Positions 26,551 to 37,296 of a stretch of 64,000 nucleotides of DNA are shown one piece after another (position 1 is the first letter of the stretch; every line of letters begins with the position of its first letter). Source of the stretch: Octopus vulgaris (taxonomy: Eukaryota); the NCBI GenBank assembly GCA_951406725.2, contig OX597820.1:12896001-12960000 (forward strand), written 5' to 3'. The translations under genes and the position numbers were made by a program. The notes beneath the pieces are model-generated. The model was given only the letters and a program-made list of their open reading frames with translations. It was not told the origin of the DNA and searched no databases.

Positions 26551-26984
26551 ACATATATATATATATATATATATATGTTCTTTTATATATATGCCGTCTA
26601 ATACCTTTCCTTTATGTCAATAGTTCATATTATTAGCAATCTTGTATGAAATAATAATACACTCGTCTCAAACATCGTATGAAATATTTTCTATGTTACT
26701 GTAGAATATTATTCCAAGGAAATATAAAGTGAAAATCAACATTCGCGTTGGTCTTTTTTTATTTATTTGTTTATTTTATTAATTTATTATTTTCCCCCCC
26801 AGATTTATAGTCGAGTATCGAGAGACATATATTCCATTGAGAAGGTCATTAGAGTCGGGAATTGCTCCAACTCGAGCATGAAACTTGTTTCCCAATGTCA
26901 GGATTTCACTTGAATCTTAATTTGGAACATGCATACGCATGACCACACACACACACATACACACACACACACACACACACATAA

Positions 26985-27016
<32 letters not shown>

Positions 27017-28964
27017 GACGGCATAATCACATATATTTTCTATATATGTGAAAATGTGAGATTATGAATATTGATGTTTTGGTCTGGATACATGTGACGC
27101 TGAAAACCATTTATCAGAATCAAGAAATTTCCGAGCAAATTCTTTTTATCTTTCTCTTATAACTGGTTGTTTTCTTCCGTTTCCTTAATGTGCTTTTTAT
27201 TCATTTTCTCATCTATAATACATATTTCCCTTTCTGTCATCATTTTCGTTTTCGATTCTTTTACTACAACTTGTAAGCTCATTTCTATACGCATTATTCA
27301 TAACATTATTCATAACATACTATGAATATAGAAATGATTTAGATAAACACTTAACAAGATCGAAAAGGAATATATAACAATGGTAAATAAAATAACTCTG
27401 CTCTCTGAAATAGAATTTCTGGATTTTGCGAAAGCAAAAGTCTCTATCCTCTATAAAACGTTGGCTGTCTTGAAATGTTCCAAAGAGCTCTGCGTAATCT
27501 CCATTTTAGGCAGCTATTACCATTTTGCACAAGGAAAATTATTCTAATTTATTTCCTTGGATTATCCTGCTGGAGATGCAATGGCAGTATAGTCCCATAT
27601 ATTTTTACCTTATTCTATAACGGTTATACATATATAAGCTCTTGATATGACACAGTGTCGGAAAAGCGATCCGATATTTTGGTAATTCGATCAATAATTA
27701 GAAATATTCCAAATTTGGGAATCATTTAATATTGTTTTTGTCTGTATCTACTTCTTTCTCTTCCGTAGTTCCAGTGATGTCTGAAATGACTATATCTCTA
27801 ACAATAAGATAAAGTTGGTGCGTCGAACAAAATTATGCATTTTTGTTTTTCTTCCTACTCTTTACGCTCTGAATTGAAATGCCGCTGACTTTCATCCTTT
27901 CAAGGTCGATAAAATAAATGCGATCTGAGTCCTGGGGTTGATGTAACCAACTTGCCTAATTCCCCCAAAATTGCTGGCTTAGCCCCAAATTTAGAAAAAA
28001 TTGTGTTGTACTTATATGATGGGGTCAAAAAGTAATTTAAAGTTTGTAGAAATAGTGCACTACCATCCATGTTTCTCTTACTGGAAACAAGAGCCCTATT
28101 TATTGTAGATGCGCTTTCAAAACAATTGGCTGTTTTTGGACTACTGTTGTAACATTGCTTGTATTTCAATATTCAATCATTTAATTTTCATATCCAACAT
28201 GATAGGATTGCATATTTAGCTGATGATGTATGACTACATGTTTATTAAGAAACTTCGTTAATAACACCTTATCAGAGAATGAGACGAACAGATCATAATC
28301 CAGCAACAAAAACAAGGTAATTTAGATTGAGATTCTAAGATACCATTAGGGGTATTCATTTCTGGGTTTCCTTTTCTTTATCTTGTTTGCCGTTACCATA
28401 GTAACAACATGAACAACATTATCAATAGAATGAAGTAGAATAGCTTTATTGTTGACAATATTGATGTTGTTGACACCCACTTATGCCTTCACATTGCTTG
28501 CGGAAAATAAAATAATAAAAAAGAAGGAAAGCAGTAATGAACTTGGAAACATTTTAAACTCCCTGGTTCTATTTTTCTTCCTGTTTATGGCCTCAAAAGC
28601 ACAAAATTAATCTAATGAAATCCATCTTCTTGTTGCACTTGCAGCTACATATATTTTTAATACCAATTAAATAAATTGGAATAAGTGGGCAGAAAATATG
28701 GATAGAAACGAATTCATATGTCTGATATTTATCTAATCAACACAGGTCTCTTTAAAGTTGATAGTTCAAATTTGAAATCCCAATAAATGAGGTAAAAAAA
28801 AACCTCACTATATAACGGTATGTTGTTTATTAGCTACTGTTTGTGATTCACAAGTAGATCTGTTATTTGGGATTTAATATTTCCTTTCATCAGTGCAACA
28901 TTACAACTGCTTAGTATAAAATACTTTGCAGCATATTAATTCTTTAGTAGTAGTAGTAGTAGTG

Positions 28965-29365
28965 TATATATATATATATATATATATAAAGCTGAAGTTG
29001 TCTGTGTGGCAGGTTTGGTAGCCTTCAACTAACACTATCTCCCCCAAGACCCTGCGGCGCAAGTTGACAAAAATTGAGAGTATGATAGAAGAAGGCTTGC
29101 TCTTTATTCCGTAGAAGAAGAAATTCAAATCGGACCATGTTAAGACCAAAACTTATTAACATCAAAAGATGATTTTTTTTCTAAGATAATCCCTTACTTT
29201 TTACGATTTTTTGACTGCTGTGTCGCCATTTTTCGGTGTATTTCAACCATAAAAGTGTTCACTTAAAGAGATTAACAAGCTACATATTGCAAAATTTTTA
29301 CTTTCCAAAAATTCCAATTCTAAAGTATTGAAACAAACCCGAGCAACGCCGGGCGATACTTCTAG
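28965..29365 (+). mobile_element. Non-autonomous Helitron, family H1
   Basis: 3' hairpin CCCGAGCAACGCCGGG followed by CTAG|T; collinear with 56580-56969; 5' TC obscured by (TA)n. Confidence 0.8.
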
Positions 29366-29368
29366 TAT

Positions 29369-30286
29369 ATGTTCGGATTGTCCTTGCACAGAGGCTATCC
29401 GGATTCCCGCTTGCGCCGTGAACTGGGATTAATCCTCTCTCTTCGCTCTTTTACGCCATTTGGGCTCAACTCTCCCCCCCCCCTTTTCATCTAGCCTCCC
29501 CCCTCCGACTCCTACTTCTCTTCAGTCCTTCATCTTTTCACCCCTACTCTCTTTCCCTCCTCTTCCCTTCTTTCCCTTTTCCCCCTTCTTCCCTCTTCTC
29601 CCTCTTCTTCTCTCTTCTTCCCTCTTCCCCTTCTCTCTTTCTCTCTGCTCCCTCACCCCCATCCTCTCCCTTTCCCTCATCCTCCTCTCCCTCCGTCTCT
29701 CCCCTCCTCCTCCCCTCTCTTCACTCCCCCTCTCACTCTCCCCACAACCCCACTCTACCTCAAACCCCAGCCGAACCCACACCCCACCTGGGCTTTCCCC
29801 TCTCTCGCCCCCACCTCCCCACAACATCATACCACACTACACTACACCATACAACATTACAAATCACATCACAACACACCACCCACACACCCATCCCCAC
29901 ATTTCCACACCCACACATACATACACACACACGTCCAGACCACCAGCCCTCTTTCACACGCACATACATACTCTCTTATACACACACGCAGCTTTGTGTT
30001 GGGGGGCACCTTCGTTTTGTAAGTCACTTGACCCTGTTATCTCCCCTACTGTCCTTGTCGCGTCTGACCACTGCCCGAAGTCAGGACGCCATGGTAGATC
30101 GTTAGCTCCTACATGCATTTTTTTCTCTCCTTGTTTCTTTTCTGGGTATGTATCTTTCTGTCGAAGAGCGTAGGCTCGAAAAGTAAAAGACTTTTTCTAT
30201 TTCTATTCCTGAGCGCCATACTAATACACTTGTTTGTTTGTACTCCACCTGCCTTCGTCTTTTGTTTATTTTCGTAAACCTTCCCG

Positions 30287-30290
<4 letters not shown>
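29369..30290 (+). mobile_element. 5'-truncated Penelope-like element: GIY-YIG C-terminus, 3' UTR/pLTR with hammerhead
   Basis: 29369-29494 reads FGLSLHRGYPDSRLRRELGLILSLRSFTPFGLNSPPPLFI*, the R-x-x-RE...P-x-GLN terminus typical of PLE endonucleases; then a pyrimidine tract, HHR at 30153-30190, and (TA)n. Confidence 0.75.
30153..30190 (+). ncRNA. Minimal hammerhead motif, A6U variant
   Basis: TCTTT-CTGTCGA-A-GAGC(GTAG)GCTC-GAAA-AG-TA-AAAGA; 5-bp stem I, 4-bp stem II. Confidence 0.55.
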
Positions 30291-30357
<67 letters not shown>

Positions 30358-30370
30358 CATATATATATAC

Positions 30371-30402
<32 letters not shown>

Positions 30403-30611
30403 TATGTGAAATAGAAAGATGAATAATCTTGTAGTAGATTAATCAAAAGTTTAACCGATACCTTGGTAGCAAAAATCACAGCAGTAAACAGCACCGTTGG
30501 AGGTACAACCATATGGTGTTGCAACCGTGCGTTGGTGCGGATAATTGAAATTAAAATATTATTGGTGAATTGAAGAAATGGAGCTGAACGCAGATTGAAC
30601 AGAAATCGTTT

Positions 30612-30705
30612 TATTTCATTCTACACGTGTTTCGAAAGGCACAATTTACCAAAATCCGATTGAATAATGGGACCATATTGTGTCTTTCTCTTCAGGAAGA
30701 AAATA
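30612..30705 (-). ncRNA. Type I hammerhead ribozyme, mirror of 34749-34842
   Basis: Reverse complement of the plus-strand pLTR hammerhead. Confidence 0.8.
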
Positions 30706-31087
30706 GGAAATCCGTTGGAAAAAACAAAAACAGAACAGAGGCGGAGCAAAAACAAATCGAACTAGGCTCCTAAGAGCCCATGGCGAAACTGTTTATCAGT
30801 GTATGTTGAGAACCGGTGGCTGAAGAATTTAACGGGTCAGGCATCGGTCAATCATGTGGGTGAGGGTGTGTAGATGTTCTTTGTGACCGAGAATAAAGTT
30901 CTGACTATTTAAGGAATATTGGATGTTTTATAAGGGGCGAGAAAAATCTACTTAGAGACGTGTGTGTGTCTACTCTTCTAAATATGTGTGTGCTGGCGTA
31001 GGGGTAGAAAACATTTTTTGTGTACGTGTGTGCGTTTGATCGTTCGGCTGTCAGTGGCTACTGCAGTGAGAACCGTTGGGTGGCAGA

Positions 31088-31142
<55 letters not shown>

Positions 31143-31320
31143 ATGTGTGTGTGTGTTCATCTAAGCCTAACCTTGTCAAGGAAACCCCCCGTTGTGAAAA
31201 AACCAAGCCCCGTTTATCTTACAGGAGTAATTCCCCTTGCAGTGGTTAATCGTAGATATCTTAAAGGCTATTTCAGAATTAGTTACCAAGGGCTATGGGT
31301 GCCGGTATTATTTATAAACG

Positions 31321-32274
31321 CTATTTAAAAGCCAGATAAGTGTAACACCGCCAATGGGGACATCGAAAAGCCGACTGTAAAAGCCCGTTTACCATCCGGC
31401 CGCTGGCAAACAAAATATGGAAGAGTTCGGAGACACAAAGGTTGCACTGCCTTCTGCCCCTATCAAATGGGAGGGCCACCGATAAAATTGACCATTCCAG
31501 CCTGTAGCTTAAGTTCGTATCCTTCAGTCGCCATATTAGCTTACTGAGTCCCGTGGTCTGGCGCTTGTTTATGTCCCGAAAAGTTGCGTAATGGTTGGAG
31601 ACTCGCAAAGACAATCTTGAGGATGAGGCCCCTACATAAGTGAAGACATCTGAGTCCGTGTAAACCTTGCATTGGTAGACGGCGTTTTTGATCTTGGAGT
31701 TCGCCGACGTGAATCTTATTCTGCTAGGATTAGTTTCTGAAATTAGAACTGCGTTCCTGTCACTATATTCGTTCCGAGACCTGCAGCCGCTTACTACTCT
31801 ATTTTCCACTACGTCACTATTAACTATAGGAATAACCCCTGATTCTCCACTATCTATCAGAGTGCTGTCATTGCTAGTGCCCGTGGTGCTGCTATTGCGG
31901 GAAATGATGCTGGGGATGCTATTGGGGCTCTCTACCCTACTCCCATTGTTACCGTCAACCACAACACCCCTATTTATAACTATACCCCTAGTGGGTACTC
32001 CCTGGCTGGAGCTGAGATTATGTGTCACTGTACTGGCTCTCATATCATTATTACTACTATAATTATTCCTACTGAGCATTAAACCGGGAGCGGAAGAGGC
32101 TGTGCCTCCGGAAAAAGGTGATAGGGTCTTAGTAAGTAGCCTATTATTATGGGAGGCGATTATCTGGGCGAGGTTTTTAGTGTTGGAGAAAGCTATCCTA
32201 ACTTTATGCGAGTTAACCGTGGAGTAATATTTGGAATTTCTGGGGAAGTTATTGGCGATGGCTTGTCTAAACAT
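31321..32274 (-). CDS. C-terminal part of PLE polyprotein: linker and GIY-YIG endonuclease; open but 5'-truncated
   Basis: 317-aa ORF with NAVYQCKV...TYVGASSSRLSLRVSNHYATF...LSKLIWRLKD...WSIL...CNLCVSE, the Neptune-type GIY-YIG pattern. Confidence 0.85.
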   Translation of the reverse strand: MFRQAIANNFPRNSKYYSTVNSHKVRIAFSNTKNLAQIIASHNNRLLTKTLSPFSGGTASSAPGLMLSRNNYSSNNDMRASTVTHNLSSSQGVPTRGIVINRGVVVDGNNGSRVESPNSIPSIISRNSSTTGTSNDSTLIDSGESGVIPIVNSDVVENRVVSGCRSRNEYSDRNAVLISETNPSRIRFTSANSKIKNAVYQCKVYTDSDVFTYVGASSSRLSLRVSNHYATFRDINKRQTTGLSKLIWRLKDTNLSYRLEWSILSVALPFDRGRRQCNLCVSELFHILFASGRMVNGLLQSAFRCPHWRCYTYLAFK

Positions 32275-32382
32275 GAGGGGGAGGTTAGTTCTAATCTGCT
32301 TACCAAAGGGGATTACAAACCATATATGCTTATTCCTATCAGTGTGATGGGTCGGGACGCCAGCTCTCGCATTCGGGTGGGT

Positions 32383-34322
32383 ATTTGATGTATTTGATGA
32401 ATTTGATGTGCCTATGGGTAGCTCGGATAGTGCGCAGATAGCCGATTTGGTCGGAATATATATTCTCTACGAATTGTCCGACCAATTCCCGGAGATCGCG
32501 GGCGGCCTGTATCGTGACGATTGTCTGTTTTACCTGCAAAACACCACGAACAGAATAGTGCAGAAAACTAAGAGCAGGTTAGCTAGGTTTTTTTAATAGA
32601 ATGGGCATGAGTATAGTTTTTGATAATGAACTCACCAAGGCTAATTTCCTAGACGTTACACTTAACCTTAATAGCGACTCATACTGCCCTTACCATAAGC
32701 CTTCCTCTAATTTGAAGTATGTCAGTGTCTTCTCAAATCATGCCAAAACCGTAACAGACAATTTGGTTAAAAACATCTCTCTAAGATTGTCTGGCTTCTC
32801 CGCCAGTGCCGATATTTTTATGCAGAAAGCGGAATTTTATAACGCCGCACTATCCAAGGCCGGTTATAGGCAGAAGGTAATTTATATTGATCCGGCCCTT
32901 CCGATGCCATCATTCGGTCATCAGGATAGGGCCGTATATAATAACATTAACAATTTAAGTAAGGACGGGAGCGCGGCGGATGCCGGGTAGTCGCTCCCGC
33001 ATTTAATTTAGCGAACAAGGATAATTATCGGTCCGGGAGGTCTCACACTAACCCAAGACCCGTTATTCATCCGAGAATCACCCACCCGAATGCGAGAGCT
33101 GGCGTCCCGACCCATCACACTGATAGGAATAAGCATATATGGTTTGTAATCCCCTTTGGTAAGCAGATTAGAACTAACCTCCCCCTCATGTTTAGACAAG
33201 CCATCGCCAATAACTTCCCCAGAAATTCCAAATATTACTCCACGGTTAACTCGCATAAAGTTAGGATAGCTTTCTCCAACACTAAAAACCTCGCCCAGAT
33301 AATCGCCTCCCATAATAATAGGCTACTTACTAAGACCCTATCACCTTTTTCCGGAGGCACAGCCTCTTCCGCTCCCGGTTTAATGCTCAGTAGGAATAAT
33401 TATAGTAGTAATAATGATATGAGAGCCAGTACAGTGACACATAATCTCAGCTCCAGCCAGGAGTACCCACTAGGGGTATAGTTATAAATAGGGGTGTTGT
33501 GGTTGACGGTAACAATGGGAGTAGGGTAGAAGCCCCAATAGCATCCCCAGCATCATTTCCCGCAATAGCAGCACCACGGGCACTAGCAATGACAGCACTC
33601 TGATAGATAGTGGAGAATCAGGGGTTATTCCTATAATTAATAGTGACGTAGTGGAAAATAGAGTAGTAAGCGGCTGCAGGTCTCGGAACGAATATAGTGA
33701 CAGGAACGCAGTTCTAATTTCAGAAACTAATCCTAGCAGAATAAGATTCACGTCGGCGAACTCCAAGATCAAAAACGCCGTCTACCAATGCAAGGTTTAC
33801 ACGGACTCAGATGTCTTCACTTATGTAGGGGCCTCATCCTCAAGATTGTCTTTGCGAGTCTCCAACCATTACGCAACTTTTCGGGACATAAACAAGCGCC
33901 AGACCACGGGACTCAGTAAGCTAATATGGCGACTGAAGGATACGAACTTAAGCTACAGGCTGGAATGGTCAATTTTATCGGTGGCCCTCCCATTTGATAG
34001 GGGCAGAAGGCAGTGCAACCTTTGTGTCTCCGAACTCTTCCATATTTTGTTTGCCAGCGGCCGGATGGTAAACGGGCTTTTACAGTCGGCTTTTCGATGT
34101 CCCCATTGGCGGTGTTACACTTATCTGGCTTTTAAATAGCGTTTATAAATAATACCGGCACCCATAGCCCTTGGTAACTAATTCTGAAATAGCCTTTAAG
34201 ATATCTACGATTAACCACTGCAAGGGGAATTACTCCTGTAAGATAAACGGGGCTTGGTTTTTTCACAACGGGGGGTTTCCTTGACAAGGTTAGGCTTAGA
34301 TGAACACACACACACATAAAAC

Positions 34323-34361
<39 letters not shown>

Positions 34362-34891
34362 TTTTTCTGCCACCCAACGGTTCTCACTGCAGTAGCCACT
34401 GACAGCCGAACGATCAAACGCACACACGTACACAAAAAATGTTTTCTACTCCTACGCCAGCACACACATATTTAGAAGAGTAGACACACACACGTCTCTA
34501 AGTAGATTTTTTCTCGCCCCTTATAAAACATCCAATATTCCTTAAATAGTCAGAACTTTATTCTCGGTCACAAAGAACATCTACACACCCTCACCCACAT
34601 GATTGACCGATGCCTGACCCGTTAAATTCTTCAGCCACCGGTTCTCAACATACACTGATAAACAGTTTCGCCATGGGCTCTTAGGAGCCTAGTTCGATTT
34701 GTTTTTGCTCCGCCTCTGTTCTGTTTTTGTTTTTTCCAACGGATTTCCTATTTTCTTCCTGAAGAGAAAGACACAATATGGTCCCATTATTCAATCGGAT
34801 TTTGGTAAATTGTGCCTTTCGAAACACGTGTAGAATGAAATAAAACGATTTCTGTTCAATCTGCGTTCAGCTCCATTTCTTCAATTCACCA
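32383..34891 (+). mobile_element. 5'-truncated Neptune-clade Penelope-like retroelement (RT core/thumb, GIY-YIG, pLTR)
   Basis: FDVPMGSSDSAQIADLVGIYIL...GLYRDDCL (catalytic YRDD), ANFLDVTLNLNSDSYCPYHKP, HIWFVIPFGKQIRTNL...IIASHNNRLL, and GIY-YIG to 34139. Several frameshifts, mostly at homopolymers. Confidence 0.92.
34749..34842 (+). ncRNA. Type I hammerhead ribozyme in the PLE pLTR
   Basis: TATTTTCTTC-CTGAAGA-GAAAGACACAAT...ATTGTGCCTTTC-GAAAC-ACGT-GTA-GAATGAAATA: canonical core, 11/12-bp stem II, palindromic stem III, 9/10-bp stem I. Confidence 0.85.
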
Positions 34892-35077
34892 TGTATATAT
34901 ATATATATATAATAGTTATCGCCATACTAATATGGCATTCTTATAAAAATAAGAATAAAGCTGTCCGCTTATTAGCTCCATGAGGCCATCGCCTTAAGTT
35001 AGCTATTTGATACACAAACTGTATCCATATAACCTTTGAACAAGGGAGGTCAGTCGCTCCACACTACTTGGCCGGCA

Positions 35078-35119
35078 GCTACAGACGCGTTTCGGGGTAT
35101 TGCCCCTTTTCAATGCAGC
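35078..35119 (-). ncRNA. Hammerhead ribozyme, U3-A8 variant (inverted copy)
   Basis: Reverse complement of 35261-35302. Confidence 0.75.
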
Positions 35120-35260
35120 GTAGCCAGACCAGTAGACTAGAGAAACTTAGTAATTTTAATATTTCTATTATTGAAAACAAGTGGATGTATTCCACCGAAG
35201 CTAGGTAAATAAAACCTTTGAACAGAGATTGTCAGAAGCGACACCTACTGGTCTGGCTAC

Positions 35261-35302
35261 GCTGCATTGAAAAGGGGCAATACCCCGAAACGCGTCTGTA
35301 GC
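35261..35302 (+). ncRNA. Minimal type I hammerhead ribozyme, U3-A8 variant
   Basis: GCTGCA-TTGAAAA-GGGG(CAATA)CCCC-GAAA-CGCG-TC-TGTAGC: 6-bp stem I, 4-bp stem II, palindromic ACGCGT, GUC site. Confidence 0.8.
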
Positions 35303-36287
35303 TGCCGGCCAAGTAGTGTGGATCGACTGACCTCCCTTGTTCAAAGGTTATATGGATACAGTTTGTGTATCAAATAGCTAACTTAAGGCGATGGCCTCAT
35401 GGAGCTAATAAGCGGACAGCTTTATTCTTATTTTTATAAGAATGCCATATTAGTATGGCGATAACTATTATTCTCCGGGAACGCTGCCGTTGTTCTCTTT
35501 TAGAGAGACTTAGTAATTTTAATATTTCTATTATATATATATATATACGTAAATACCTACTTACATATGTGTGAGTCGTTATCAACAACGATAACAATCT
35601 TTATATATTGTTTAATGCGCTGTGGCAGCGAGGATCGTACTTTTGTTTCTCAGCAGAGCAAATCAGTTGCATTGTGTTAGGAATTATGCATTCTAAAAAG
35701 TCGTTAGCGATGTTAAATGCTTTGAATCACAAACTCGAAAAACGTGTATTAACGAAAGTTACTCGCGCAAAATATTTCCACTAGCGCCCCGGAGTCCACA
35801 AGACAAAAGCATAAATATATTAGTTCTCTCTATGAAATTCAGTTTCAATTTGTCCTTCTTACCTCCCTTTTTGAACTGATTTACTAAATCGACACAATAG
35901 CAAAAGCAGATGCCGTTTGAATCAACTACTTTACCTGATTATAATGTGTCTTGTTAGAAACTCACTGGAAAGTTATGGTGTGCATACATTTGCCAAGGGC
36001 ATCAGCTGCGTGCTTCAAGTATGTAATACAGAATGTATAGCCCTATGAGTTTTAACATAATGAAAATTAAGGGTGATGCGTAGCAGAAACGGGAACTCCA
36101 ACCTAAAGTAATGTATTTTGTTACATTGCTTTATGCTACAAGTAAAAATTCATTCGACATTATATTTCCCTTTCATTTCTTCAAGATCGGTATAAATAAG
36201 TAAACTTCTTTGTCACCTTGAGCCAAAGGTAGAACGTATCAAGCGTTTTGTGCATTTTGTTTTCTGTTTAATATCTCCTTTCTAAAA

Positions 36288-36519
36288 GAGCGGTGATCTA
36301 GCAGAATCGCTAGCACGCCGGGCGAAATGCTTAGCAGTATTTCGTCTGTCTTTACGTTCTGAGTTCAAATTCCGCTGAAGTCGACTTTACCTTTCATCCT
36401 TTCGGGGTCGATTAAATAAGTACCAGTTACGCACTGGGGTCGATGTAATCGATTTAAACCCTTTATCTGTTCTTGTTTGTCCCCTCTATGTTTCGCCCCT
36501 TGTGGGCAATAAAGAAATA
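36288..36519 (+). mobile_element. MetaSINE family B with 18-bp TSD
   Basis: AATATCTCCTTTCTAAAA at 36270-36287 and 36520-36537. Confidence 0.9.
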
Positions 36520-37073
36520 AATATCTCCTTTCTAAAAATGAAACTAAAAAATGTTATTATAGTTTTAAGGGAGAAAGGAGGTATAGCAAATTATTGAATG
36601 GAAATATTTCCTGGACTCTTGGAAAATCTCAGCTGAGTAAATGAAGGAAATTTATCGTAGCCATTTTTTGTCTAAGCTGTTTCGCTATGCTTCTCTCTCA
36701 CCTCTCTCTCACTGTCTCTACCTGAACATTTATTTCTTTGCGAGCTTTCAAACATTATGAAGCAGAGTCGCTGCCATTCCAATCGATTTCTGCAAGTCAT
36801 TGAATTGTTTTTGTTTTTTATTGATGAAATTTATTTGCAGCAGATTATTAGTGTAAACATCAGATGACGTTTTTGAAATAGTTAAATGGATGAGAAATGT
36901 GCAGCTGTTATGAATTTTGTTGACCCTTCAAAACTGTGGAGATTGATAGGACTATTTTTTATCTCGAACAGTGGGGAAAAATTGACGAAGGGAACGATTT
37001 CTGGTGGCTATATCTCTGGGAGAAGTGATGAAAGGATCAAAGGGATGGTAAGGGATGAGAGAAATCAAACTTG

Positions 37074-37296
37074 CGCGGCGAGCTGGCAGAATCGCCGGGC
37101 GAAATGCTTAGCTGTATTTCGTCTGCTGTTACGTTCTGAGTTCAAATTCCACTGAGGTCGACTTTGCCTTTCATCCTTTCGAGGTCGATAAATTAGGTAC
37201 CAGTTATGCACTAGGGTCGATGTAATCGACTTTATCTCTTTGTCTGTCCTTGTTTATCCCCTCTGTGTTTAGCCCCTTGTGGGCAATAAAGAAATA
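37074..37296 (+). mobile_element. MetaSINE family B with 14-bp TSD
   Basis: AGAAATCAAACTTG at 37060-37073 and 37297-37310. Confidence 0.9.

Larger units (their letters stand above)
30403..32382 (-). mobile_element. Inverted partial copy (pLTR-type) of the Neptune-like PLE
   Basis: 30563-32382 is the reverse complement of 33080-34891 apart from a few substitutions, indels and microsatellite length; about 160 bp of further unique sequence (likely the longer 3' tail) runs to the (TA)n at ~30400. Confidence 0.9.
34909..35534 (+). mobile_element. Non-coding miniature PLE / retrozyme-like element
   Basis: 227-bp inverted arms 34909-35135 and 35245-35471; 34-bp direct repeat at 35138-35171 and 35501-35534 (period 363 nt); a hammerhead in each arm; (TA)n on both sides. 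Confidence 0.8.

Noticed and set aside
29460-30173. 237-aa Pro/Ser/Leu-rich ORF
   Set aside because: Translation of the pyrimidine and CA-rich PLE 3' UTR.
31688-33772. Hydrophobic antisense ORFs (124, 79, 101 and 96 aa)
   Set aside because: Opposite-strand shadows of the PLE ORF, duplicated by the inversion.
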